From: Desulfurococcaceae archaeon
GTDB taxonomy: Archaea > Thermoproteota > Thermoprotei_A > Sulfolobales > Desulfurococcaceae
Direction: 5' to 3'
NCBI GenBank assembly: GCA_038824035.1
Contig: JAWBBW010000018.1
Span: 1 to 29,555 of the forward strand
Length of the DNA stretch: 29,555 bases
Position 1 is the stretch's first letter. Every line of letters starts with the position of its first letter. Below the pieces are notes generated by a model. The model did not search any database. It was not told the origin of the DNA and saw only the letters and a program-made list of their open reading frames with translations. The translations under genes and the position numbers were made by a program. Shown piece after piece: positions 9,918-18,963 of this stretch.

Positions 9918-11051
9918 ATGACTGATAGGGCTAGATTCTTTGAAAAATTATTAAGATATATGCATAAGAGGTCCTTTACGTTTTTAGGAATAAGCCCTGT
10001 TTCAGAATATGTAATCATTTCAGGTATAAAAGCCGTAGCTGAACTTAGTGCACCGCTTATATTCGTTGTTTCATTGAATCAAGTCGACATAGATGGGGGT
10101 TATACAGGTTTTACACCAAACACATTTGTTAAATACGTTCAAGAATTAGCCATTAGAGAACATTTAGATGAACAGATAATTCTCTTTCAACTTGATCACT
10201 GTGGACCATGGTTAAAAGACGAACATATATTGAGGAATTATAGTTATAACGAAGCCCTTGAAGCAACTTTAAAATCCTTAGAGAAGTTCATAAAGGCTGG
10301 TTTCACATTGATCCACATAGATACGACAATAGATTTAGAAAAAACAAATTACATCGCCGATGTAGAATTAGCTGCGAAGAGAACAGTTGAAATTATCAGT
10401 TATGCTGAAAATATAGCCAGAGACCTTGGAGTTAAAATATATTATGAGGTAGGAAGCGATCGCTGGGGATTCAAACCTCCTGATGTCTTCGCGAGATTAA
10501 TTTCAAATATTATTTCAGGATTAAAAGGAGAAAACATCGATCACGAAAAGGTTATTTTCGTGGTCACAGATGTTGGGACAAGAGTCAGACCAGGCAATAG
10601 AGTTGATGAAAAAACTATTTCCTTATTTTCAAACATAGCATTACATCATGGATATTTATTAAAAATACATTCAGGAGACTACTTGGAAAATCCCAGTATT
10701 CTACCCCTTTATAGAGTTGGTGGTATAAACATTGGCCCCATGTTCGCAGACATACAGTTCAAATTAGTCAAAGAAGCAACACTTATGATAAATCGCAATG
10801 ATCTATTGGACAGGCTCTATGCAATAATACTTAAGGGTGATAAATTGAAAAAGCATACTAAAAAGGATAAGATCGAAGAACATGAACTTGGATTGGCATC
10901 CAGATATATATGGTCGAGTCCAGAAGCACGTGAAGTCATAAAAATCGTTGAACAACATGGCATATCATTAGCTAGAAAAATAATTGAAGAAATCAAAAAT
11001 ACCATTGAGTGGTACATGCGAGAGTTAAATTTAACGACCATTGAATTATAA
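9918..11051 (+). CDS. GatZ/KbaZ-family protein; putative D-tagatose-6-phosphate 4-epimerase
   Basis: SLNQVDIDGGYTG, LDHCGPW, AGFTLIHID, YEVG, HSGDY, NIGP and RYIW..P motifs of the GatZ/KbaZ TIM-barrel family. No gatY/kbaY partner is nearby. AGGTG RBS. Confidence 0.8.
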   Translation: MTDRARFFEKLLRYMHKRSFTFLGISPVSEYVIISGIKAVAELSAPLIFVVSLNQVDIDGGYTGFTPNTFVKYVQELAIREHLDEQIILFQLDHCGPWLKDEHILRNYSYNEALEATLKSLEKFIKAGFTLIHIDTTIDLEKTNYIADVELAAKRTVEIISYAENIARDLGVKIYYEVGSDRWGFKPPDVFARLISNIISGLKGENIDHEKVIFVVTDVGTRVRPGNRVDEKTISLFSNIALHHGYLLKIHSGDYLENPSILPLYRVGGINIGPMFADIQFKLVKEATLMINRNDLLDRLYAIILKGDKLKKHTKKDKIEEHELGLASRYIWSSPEAREVIKIVEQHGISLARKIIEEIKNTIEWYMRELNLTTIEL

Positions 11052-11359
11052 CTTATTATATTCAAACCCTAAAATTCTATTAATGTGAATAATTGATTTT
11101 TCACCATTTATTTAATGTATAAAAGTATATTTCTAAGATCATAGTACTATTGAATCATAGAAATATATAATTATAAAGAGAAGATGATAAGAAAATATAA
11201 AATATATTCTAATTATATTCGAAATTAGAGCTTAATATAGTGATATATACTATGAGTCATAATTTTAAAGCTTAAATTTACCAAAGAATTTATCGAAAAC
11301 AAGAGTATACTTATATACTTAGATATATTTAAATATTGATAATATTAATATATTTATAA

Positions 11360-12190
11360 TTGGCTGAAAACATGTCTGTAGAGGCCTTATTAAAGGAGTT
11401 GGAAAATGTGTCCTTTGTAAAGGCGTTTGATCTAAAGGGTAAAACTGCAGTTATAACCGGAGGTGCTGGTGGAATATGTAGTGCAATAGCATATGGTCTA
11501 GCAGAGTTTGGAGCTGATATAGCGTTACTTGATATAAACCTTGACAATTTAGCTAGGGTTAAAGAGTTCTTGAAAAATAAATTTCCTGAAAGAAGAATTG
11601 AAATATATCAAGTTGATGTTACGAACTATGAACAAGCATCCGTGGTTATAGATGATATTGTGAATAAATTCGGTAAAATAGACATATTAGTAAATTGCCA
11701 CGGTATAGGACAATGGGTTCCGGCAGAAGATATGAAACTGAGTGACTGGAAACGAATGATAGATATAAACTTAACTGGAGTTTTCATAATGTGTCAATTA
11801 GTTGGAAAACATATGATTAAACAACGTTATGGTAAGATAATTAACATAGCATCCATGTCTGGTCACATAGTAAATATTCCACAGAAACAATCACATTACA
11901 ATACTGCTAAAGCAGGGGTTATACATTTGACAAAGAGCCTTGCAATAGAGTGGGCCCCTTACAACATTTATGTCAATAGTGTTAGCCCAGGTTATACTGT
12001 AACACCACTTGTCGAAAACTTACTCAGAGATAAGCCTGATGTGGCAGAGACATGGAGATCATTAGTGCCCTTAAAAAGATTTGCAAGACCAATCGACATT
12101 GTAGGAGTAGTTATATTCTTAGCATCAGATGCTTCCAATTACATAACTGGAACAGATATATTAGTAGATGGAGGATATACGGCATGGTGA
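11360..12190 (+). CDS. short-chain dehydrogenase/reductase, mannitol/sorbose/galactitol dehydrogenase-like
   Basis: TGGAGGI, Asp at the end of beta2 (LLDIN, NAD-type), IASMSGHIVNIPQKQSHYNTAK (S...YxxxK), KSLAIEWA and DGGYTAW. Start TTG 11360 or ATG 11372. Confidence 0.88.
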   Translation: MAENMSVEALLKELENVSFVKAFDLKGKTAVITGGAGGICSAIAYGLAEFGADIALLDINLDNLARVKEFLKNKFPERRIEIYQVDVTNYEQASVVIDDIVNKFGKIDILVNCHGIGQWVPAEDMKLSDWKRMIDINLTGVFIMCQLVGKHMIKQRYGKIINIASMSGHIVNIPQKQSHYNTAKAGVIHLTKSLAIEWAPYNIYVNSVSPGYTVTPLVENLLRDKPDVAETWRSLVPLKRFARPIDIVGVVIFLASDASNYITGTDILVDGGYTAW

Positions 12191-12196
12191 GGGCTT

Positions 12197-13168
12197 TTGT
12201 ACAATATTAGATACTTCGATGTAATATCCCTTGGCGAAATCCTCGTTGAAATCATGAGACATAAAAAGGACATAATGCATAATGTACCAGAAATATATTT
12301 GGGACCATATCCCAGTGGGGCTCCTGCTATTACTATTGATTGTTGTGCCAGACTAGGTTTAAAATGTGGTTTTATAGGAGTTGTAGGTGCGGATGATTTC
12401 GGCTTAATGCTCATTGAAAGACTAAGATCCGATGGCGTAGATGTTTCTAGAATTAGGATAGATGAAAAAAGTGTAACAGGAATAGCCTTTGTCGCATATA
12501 AATCCGATGGGAGTAGAAGATTTGTATTTAACTTGAAACAATCAGCATCAGCGAATCTCTCGCCCGAAGATGTTGATCCAGAATACATTAGTAAAGCAAA
12601 AGTTTTACATATCTCGGGCTCTACAATGTATATCGGCAAGGAACCCAGAGAGGCGTGTTTAAAGGCAATAGAAATAGCAAGGAGCAGTGGCTTAATCATT
12701 TCATTAGATCCAAATATAAGAATTGAGTTATCATCGATAGAACATATCAGAGAAACATTTAACACTATAATAAAAAATATTGATATAATTCTCGTAGGAG
12801 AAGACGAGCTCACAGCATTGACAGGTGAAAAAGAAACAAAAGAAGCCGTAAACAAGATCATTGGGAAAGGGCCTAAAATAGTTGCTGTAAAAATGGGTAA
12901 AAAAGGATCAGTAGTGTTCTTGGAAAATGGTGAAACTTATAAGGCCAAGGCATTTGAGGTAGAAGAGGTAGATCCGACTGGTGCTGGAGATGTGTTTAAT
13001 GCGGCATTTATATATGGCTATTTAAAAAAGTGGAACCCGGAGAAAATATTATTATTTGCAAACGCAGCAGGAGCGATAAAAGTGACTAAACAGGGCCCCA
13101 TGGAGGGTCCTCTCAGTATAAATGAAGTCGTGGAGTTTCTTAGGAAACATGGAATAAATTCCATTTAA
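12197..13168 (+). CDS. PfkB-family sugar kinase, tagatose kinase-like
   Basis: GEILVEIM, GPYPSGAPAITID (resembles the GPFPSGAPAIFID signature recalled for bacterial tagatose kinases), DPNIR and DPTGAGD. Starts 6 nt after the SDR stop. Confidence 0.85.
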   Translation: MYNIRYFDVISLGEILVEIMRHKKDIMHNVPEIYLGPYPSGAPAITIDCCARLGLKCGFIGVVGADDFGLMLIERLRSDGVDVSRIRIDEKSVTGIAFVAYKSDGSRRFVFNLKQSASANLSPEDVDPEYISKAKVLHISGSTMYIGKEPREACLKAIEIARSSGLIISLDPNIRIELSSIEHIRETFNTIIKNIDIILVGEDELTALTGEKETKEAVNKIIGKGPKIVAVKMGKKGSVVFLENGETYKAKAFEVEEVDPTGAGDVFNAAFIYGYLKKWNPEKILLFANAAGAIKVTKQGPMEGPLSINEVVEFLRKHGINSI

Positions 13169-13545
13169 ATATCCAGTGCTCAATAATTGTTAACCTAGCT
13201 GTCTTGTTATTCTAAGCTAAATCATATACATTCTTCCGGTTTCGATGATGTGTAATACTACTATTACCTATTTATTTAAACCCCAGCTTCATATCATTTA
13301 TTTACAAAGATGCTTGCCCGATATGTTTCTTCTCTTTCGATTTTCAACTGAAAATACCATATTGTCAATCCACCAATAACTGCACTACACCACGGCATTC
13401 TCAGATCAAGTAATTTCATGCGAACGATCTAGGCATCAAGGATACTTACTTATTAAGCAGACTTATCATAATTTAGAATTCCCTATATTTTATACAAAAT
13501 GTATAAATAATAAAATAAAAACTGATCTATAGAATCGATACAAGA

Positions 13546-14733
13546 TTAATATGTAGCGCGTGGATATAACTGACTAATTTTTTTCCCAACTTCATTGGCC
13601 AGCTTCATTAAGTCAACTATTTGATCTGAACCGATATCATAAGGTAGCCTCTGATATTCTGATGTAGCTTTTACTTTTTCTGCAACTTTATATAGGTCTT
13701 CATCTGTTATCTCAGATATCCCTAATTCTTCAAATGTCATGGGCAAGCCAACGGAATGCGCCCATTTAATATATTCCATTGCTTGCTCCAATGTACCCTC
13801 AATTAATATTTCTACTAATGTTCCGAATGCTACCATTTCCCCGTGATATTGAATAGGTTTCATTTTCTTCTCCAAAACGCTAAGAGAGTTACCTATGGCA
13901 TGTGCAAACGCTGTGCCACCATTTTCAAATGCTAGACCACTTAACAAGGTGTTAGCATATACAACTAATTCTAAACTGGGTGTCACAGATTTTAATTTAA
14001 CAGCATGCATTGCAGCTATGCCGTGTTTTTGTAATATTTCCCACAATAATTTAGCAATGTAATGAGGTAATTCAAATGATCTAAGTGGTTCTATTCCTTT
14101 TTTATTATCATAATCCATAAATACATAGCCAGGCTTGTTTGCCTGGAAAACTGCTCTTGTCTCCCAATAATGTGATGCTGCATCCCCCATTCCAGCCGCT
14201 AGGAATCGGGCCGGCGCCTTTGATATTATTTCAGTATCCACTATAACCATATCAGGATTTCTGGGAAAATTTATCGCCTCAACAAATTCCCCTGGATAAG
14301 GTTCGGTGTATATTACTGAAATAGCTGATGTAGGTGCATCTGTAGATGCTATTGTAGGCGCCATTATTGCCGCGAGTTCGTTTGGTATGGCCACAGCTTT
14401 AGCCGTGTCCAGCGCCTTTCCGCCCCCCACACCTATTATCATGTCCACATCATTTTCCAATGCTATCTTTGTGACTCTATTTATTTCCTCCCAACTACAC
14501 TCTCTGTTAAATATCACATATATATAAGTTATATCATGCTTTTTAAGACTTTCCTCGATAATATCTCCCGCAATACGCTTAACATCAAGATCTGATAATA
14601 TCAAAGCCTTTTTACCAAATCTCTTGATTAATTTTCCAATATAGCTTAATACGCCCCTACCCTGAATATATGTTCCAGGAGCTCTAAAACCACGAATATA
14701 GAATGTAGATGTGGTCATTACTGGCTCGAACAT
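13546..14733 (-). CDS. gldA: glycerol dehydrogenase-like (family III metal-dependent polyol dehydrogenase)
   Basis: APGTYIQGRG, GGGKALDTAKA, PTIASTDAPTSAISVIY, NPDMVIVDT, GMGDA, ANTLLSGLAFENGG, AHA and HGEMVAFG. The Asp/His/His metal ligands are retained. Confidence 0.85.
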   Translation of the reverse strand: MFEPVMTTSTFYIRGFRAPGTYIQGRGVLSYIGKLIKRFGKKALILSDLDVKRIAGDIIEESLKKHDITYIYVIFNRECSWEEINRVTKIALENDVDMIIGVGGGKALDTAKAVAIPNELAAIMAPTIASTDAPTSAISVIYTEPYPGEFVEAINFPRNPDMVIVDTEIISKAPARFLAAGMGDAASHYWETRAVFQANKPGYVFMDYDNKKGIEPLRSFELPHYIAKLLWEILQKHGIAAMHAVKLKSVTPSLELVVYANTLLSGLAFENGGTAFAHAIGNSLSVLEKKMKPIQYHGEMVAFGTLVEILIEGTLEQAMEYIKWAHSVGLPMTFEELGISEITDEDLYKVAEKVKATSEYQRLPYDIGSDQIVDLMKLANEVGKKISQLYPRATY

Positions 14734-14783
14734 TTTTGCCCACCCTCTTTATAAATAAATTTTTAAAAAATATATAAATTGTG

Positions 14784-15860
14784 TTAAATCAATCTTTCTC
14801 CATCTTTGCTAAAAATCCTTACCTTTTCACGTGGCAGAGTTATAAATACGATGTCTCCTTCTTTTATATCTAGCTGTTCATATGCCTTTATTGAAATCAT
14901 TTGACCTGTAGAAAGCTCTACGTGGTATAGAATGGCCGTGCCTATCTTTTCTATAATAGCTGTTCTACCGCTTATTTCACCTCTTTCTTTAGAGATCTTG
15001 ATATGCTCTGGCCTAATACCTATATCGAACTCTCTGCCCGCCTTACTTAACACTTCTATTTCGTTTGCCATTAATCTATATTTAAATGCTCCGCAATCAA
15101 GGACATTATTTTCGAGAACACAACTTATGTAGTTCATTCCAGGATTCCCAATGAAATATCCAACAAATTTATTCTTTGGATATTCATATAATATTGATGT
15201 ATCATCGTATTGAACTACCTTACCCTCATTCATTACTGCAACTTTTTCAGCCAAGGTCAATACTTCTGCCTGGTCATGTGAAACATACAGTGTAGTAATT
15301 TTCATTTTTTGGACTATTTCTTTTAGCTTAGATTTTAACTCTATCCTGACAAGTGGTTCCAAATTCGTTAAGGGTTCGTCGAGAAGCAAGACATTTGCAT
15401 CTCGAACTATTGCTCTGGCTACGGCAATTTTCTGTCTCAAGGAGGGATCAGCACCACGAGCACTTTTACTAAGAATATCCTTAGGTATGCCAAGTATTTC
15501 GGCAGCTTCTTTAACCCTTTTATCAATTTCTTCCTTGGGATATTTCCTTATTTTCAGTGGAAATGCTATATTATCATATATGCTCATGTCATATGCAACT
15601 GGGAACTGAAATACCATGGCCACATTTCTTCTTATGGGATCCCAGTCAGTAACGTCTTTATCATCGAAAAACACTTTGCCCTTTGTAGGGCGTAGAAGTC
15701 CTGCTATTATTTTTAAAAGTGTAGTCTTACCACATCCTGAGGGGCCGAGTATGCCGATTATTTTACCTTTAGGAAATACTATGCTAACATCTTTTAAGGC
15801 GATTGTTTCTATTTTGTCGATATATATATGGGTTACTTTTTCTACTCTAATCTCAACCAT
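14784..15860 (-). CDS. carbohydrate ABC transporter ATP-binding protein (GlpT-like, degenerate signature motif)
   Basis: Walker A GPSGCGKTT, VFQFPV Q-loop, ARGADPSLRQK in place of LSGGQ, LLLDEP, VSHDQ and C-terminal GIRPEH TOBE domain. Start likely ATG 15860 (GGGGAG RBS). Confidence 0.9.
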   Translation of the reverse strand: MVEIRVEKVTHIYIDKIETIALKDVSIVFPKGKIIGILGPSGCGKTTLLKIIAGLLRPTKGKVFFDDKDVTDWDPIRRNVAMVFQFPVAYDMSIYDNIAFPLKIRKYPKEEIDKRVKEAAEILGIPKDILSKSARGADPSLRQKIAVARAIVRDANVLLLDEPLTNLEPLVRIELKSKLKEIVQKMKITTLYVSHDQAEVLTLAEKVAVMNEGKVVQYDDTSILYEYPKNKFVGYFIGNPGMNYISCVLENNVLDCGAFKYRLMANEIEVLSKAGREFDIGIRPEHIKISKERGEISGRTAIIEKIGTAILYHVELSTGQMISIKAYEQLDIKEGDIVFITLPREKVRIFSKDGERLI

Positions 15861-15862
15861 TA

Positions 15863-17005
15863 TTACTCCCCTACCCATTCACCTAAAGTATATATTAGTT
15901 TACCAGTAATTTTATCAAATATCATTATATCAGTTGATTTAAACATTAATGATAATTTAATGGCTTTTTCGATTGGTCTAAGTTCTGGTAAAAGTATCCT
16001 CATAATACCTTTATTATTAACTGATGCATAAACAAGTGTTTCAGAACCTAATACCTCACTTGTAATTATTGTAGCTGTAAGTGAAATCATATCACGTGAG
16101 TACGTTATCACTGGTTCAGATGATATTTTAACATCTTGAGGTCTTATACCTATGACTACTTCTCTTCTTTCAGATACCTTGGGTATCTTGGAAGTCTCCG
16201 TTATCTTCAAATTTATATCAAGTGATGGTAAGTCGATAATACAAACAGCATCCTTACACTGCATTGTTCCTTCAAATATATTAATTGGAGGATAGAATAA
16301 GAACTTTGCTACATCAAACATTTCTGGTTTTGAGAGTATTTTTGTGGGCTCGTCATATTGAAGAAGTTTACCCCACAATAATACAGCTACACGATCACCT
16401 AAGGCAACGGCTTCCACGGGATCGGGTGTCGAATAAATCACGATCTTATCTTTACTATATCTTAGTATTTTCTTTAATTCAGCCCTCATAGTCTCTCTGA
16501 TCTTGTAATCCAAATTTGTCAATGGTTCATCAAATAAGAGGATCTTAGAGTCCTTGACTAAGGCTCTCGCAATGGCTACTCTTTGTCTTTGACCACCACT
16601 TAATTGTGCGGGGTATTTATTTAATATATCATCAATTCTAAGTAATGAAGCTATATCCTTAATTCTTTTGTCAATCTCTTCTTTTGAATATTTCTTTGAT
16701 ACTCTAAGTGGAAACGCTATATTATCATATACACTCATATGTGGGAACAATGCATAACTTTGAAAAACAAATGACACATTCCTTAAATGAGAAGGTGTAT
16801 CTGTAATATCGTTACCACCAAATATTATTTTGCCTTGATCTGGCCTCTCGAAACCAGCAATTATCTTTAGCAATGTTGTCTTTCCAGAACCAGCTGGTCC
16901 GAAAACCGTAACGATTTTTCCCGTTTCGAAGTTTAAATTAATGTTATTGAGCGCAATTATTGAGCCATATTTTTTCAAGAGATTTTGTACCACTAAGCCC
17001 TCCAT
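15863..17005 (-). CDS. carbohydrate ABC transporter ATP-binding protein (GlpS-like, lacks switch His)
   Basis: GPAGSGKTT, LSGGQRQR, LLFDEPLTNLDYKIRE, YSTPDP in place of YVTHDQ, and GIRPQD. Confidence 0.9.
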   Translation of the reverse strand: MEGLVVQNLLKKYGSIIALNNINLNFETGKIVTVFGPAGSGKTTLLKIIAGFERPDQGKIIFGGNDITDTPSHLRNVSFVFQSYALFPHMSVYDNIAFPLRVSKKYSKEEIDKRIKDIASLLRIDDILNKYPAQLSGGQRQRVAIARALVKDSKILLFDEPLTNLDYKIRETMRAELKKILRYSKDKIVIYSTPDPVEAVALGDRVAVLLWGKLLQYDEPTKILSKPEMFDVAKFLFYPPINIFEGTMQCKDAVCIIDLPSLDINLKITETSKIPKVSERREVVIGIRPQDVKISSEPVITYSRDMISLTATIITSEVLGSETLVYASVNNKGIMRILLPELRPIEKAIKLSLMFKSTDIMIFDKITGKLIYTLGEWVGE

Positions 17006-17015
17006 ACATGATCCC

Positions 17016-17831
17016 TCAAGCCATACCCATAGTTAAGCCAGTTACCAGATATTTACGAGTTATCAATGCTATCACTATTCCGGGGATGGCTGAGATAACG
17101 CCCAGTGCAGCCATTTGAGACCAGTAAACTCCTGCAACAGTCACCATGCCTTGTAAAGCAGTGGGAATAGTTCTAGCTTCAGTGCTTGTTAGAAATGATG
17201 CAAATAAGTATTCATTAAATGCAAATAGAAATGTCAATATATATGAGATTGCTATAACACCTTTAATTATTGGCACATGTATCTTGAACAATGTTGAAAT
17301 CGGACCATATCCTTCAAGCTTAGCTGCATAATCAAGGTCTCTTGGAATTGCCTCTTCAGCTGAAAGGAGCAACCATATAGCTATCGGTACATTAAACACT
17401 AAATATACTATAATCAATGAAAGAAGCTGATCTTTCATGCCCAGCGTAACGCAGAACATGTAATAATATGCTACTGCAAACACTACTGGCGGGGCCATAC
17501 GCATTGAGACAAAGGAAAAGAATAATGTATCCCTACCCTTGAACTTAAATCTCGATATAGTATACGCTGCTAATAATGAAATTACTGTTGCTAATCCGGC
17601 ATTAACAGCTGCTACTATCAACGAATTCGCCAGGTATTTAAGCCCAAAGAACTTGTATAGGGCATCTAGATAATACTGTATTGATGGATTGGGCGGATAC
17701 CAATAAGGTGGATTAGAATATATTTCTATATAGCTCTTTAGAGAAGTTGCTATTAACCAGTATAATGGAAATATATAGGTAACCGCTATTATCAGGGTTA
17801 TTATTATATATATAAATGTTAATTTCTTCAT
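17016..17831 (-). CDS. carbohydrate ABC transporter permease (MalG-type)
   Basis: FPLYWLIATSLK, multiple TM segments, EAA-like loop IPRDLDYAAKLEG and C-terminal LVTGLTMG. Confidence 0.92.
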   Translation of the reverse strand: MKKLTFIYIIITLIIAVTYIFPLYWLIATSLKSYIEIYSNPPYWYPPNPSIQYYLDALYKFFGLKYLANSLIVAAVNAGLATVISLLAAYTISRFKFKGRDTLFFSFVSMRMAPPVVFAVAYYYMFCVTLGMKDQLLSLIIVYLVFNVPIAIWLLLSAEEAIPRDLDYAAKLEGYGPISTLFKIHVPIIKGVIAISYILTFLFAFNEYLFASFLTSTEARTIPTALQGMVTVAGVYWSQMAALGVISAIPGIVIALITRKYLVTGLTMGMA

Positions 17832-17925
17832 AAGTATCCCTTCAACTACATTTTACATTTATTTCTCTCCTTAATTGTATTATAATTCAATACGGTATTT
17901 ATAGTTAAAAACTTTACCATTAATA

Positions 17926-18783
17926 TCACCTCCTTATGATCCTGGTGATCACGTTGCTAACTGCTATAATAATTATTAGAATTATCAATGATAGTGCAGC
18001 AGCTTGTGAGAGATTCCATGATATTAAACCTAACCTGTATAGAAATATGCTGACATAATGCGTTGCCACACCTGGACCTCCTTGTGTGAGCATCCAGACC
18101 TGGTCAAACACCTTAAAGGAATCCATGAATCTGAGTATTATGGCAAATACAAGGTTTGACCTTATCATCTTTGTATATAAGTACATTAACCTTCTAAAGA
18201 AGCCAGCACCATCGACCATAAAGGACTCTACATATTCAATTGGTATTGAAAGCAATCCACCTAGAACTATGAATGCCACAAGAGGTGTCCATTGCCATAT
18301 ATCCATAATAATCGTTAAGACAAACGCTTGATCTCCGTTTACAACAAAGTTGAAATTTACACCAAATGTTGATCGTAGCCAGTAAGTGAATGCACCAAAG
18401 TCTGGGTGAAGCAAGAACCTCCATATTAAACCTACAGTAATAGGTGGTATTCCAAGAGGTATTACCAATATTGGCGTGAGCACTTTTTTTATTATAGTAC
18501 TTTCGTACATTAAAGCACCTATTATTAATCCAACAATGATCTCAATCACTATAGCTATAACAGTGTAAGTTATTGTCAATCTTAAGGTATGCATAGTCAT
18601 AGGATCAGTGAGAATCCTAACGTAGTTTTCAGCGCCAACAAAACGTATATTTGTTTCACCTGGACGCCACATATTAACTATGGATAGCCATATCGTATAG
18701 CCAAGTGGTATTAAAGCCAGCGACACATACACCAATAGACATGGAAGAAGAAATAGCACAGCTTTTCTAGATTCTCTTGACAT
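17926..18783 (-). CDS. carbohydrate ABC transporter permease (MalF-type)
   Basis: FVGAENY, DIWQWTP, IPIEYVESFMVDGA EAA loop and LTQGGPG. Start likely ATG 18783 after GAGGTGA; the ORF extends to 18843. Confidence 0.92.
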   Translation of the reverse strand: MSRESRKAVLFLLPCLLVYVSLALIPLGYTIWLSIVNMWRPGETNIRFVGAENYVRILTDPMTMHTLRLTITYTVIAIVIEIIVGLIIGALMYESTIIKKVLTPILVIPLGIPPITVGLIWRFLLHPDFGAFTYWLRSTFGVNFNFVVNGDQAFVLTIIMDIWQWTPLVAFIVLGGLLSIPIEYVESFMVDGAGFFRRLMYLYTKMIRSNLVFAIILRFMDSFKVFDQVWMLTQGGPGVATHYVSIFLYRLGLISWNLSQAAALSLIILIIIIAVSNVITRIIRR

Positions 18784-18963
18784 AAGACCCATTTCACCTC
18801 GTCTTAGTACTAAAAGACCCTCCAGGGATTGTATTCTTGACACAAGCTTAAAAACCTTAAATCAATAACAAGAGGTTTATTTAATAATTCAAATAAATAC
18901 AATTATTATGGGGAGTTTGTAAAAAAATAGGTTGTATTTTCTATGTAGAATTCTATGAGCTGG

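Noticed and set aside
12139-12861. 240-aa antisense ORF and other long shadow ORFs (e.g. 4448-4987, 25692-26270, 27875-28330)
   Set aside because: They lie antisense to well-supported genes and have no protein-family motifs.
13294-13419. 41-aa minus-strand ORF after gldA (MKLLDLRMPWCSAVIGGLTIWYFQ...)
   Set aside because: No RBS, no recognisable family, too short for a GlpU-like subunit; chance is likely.
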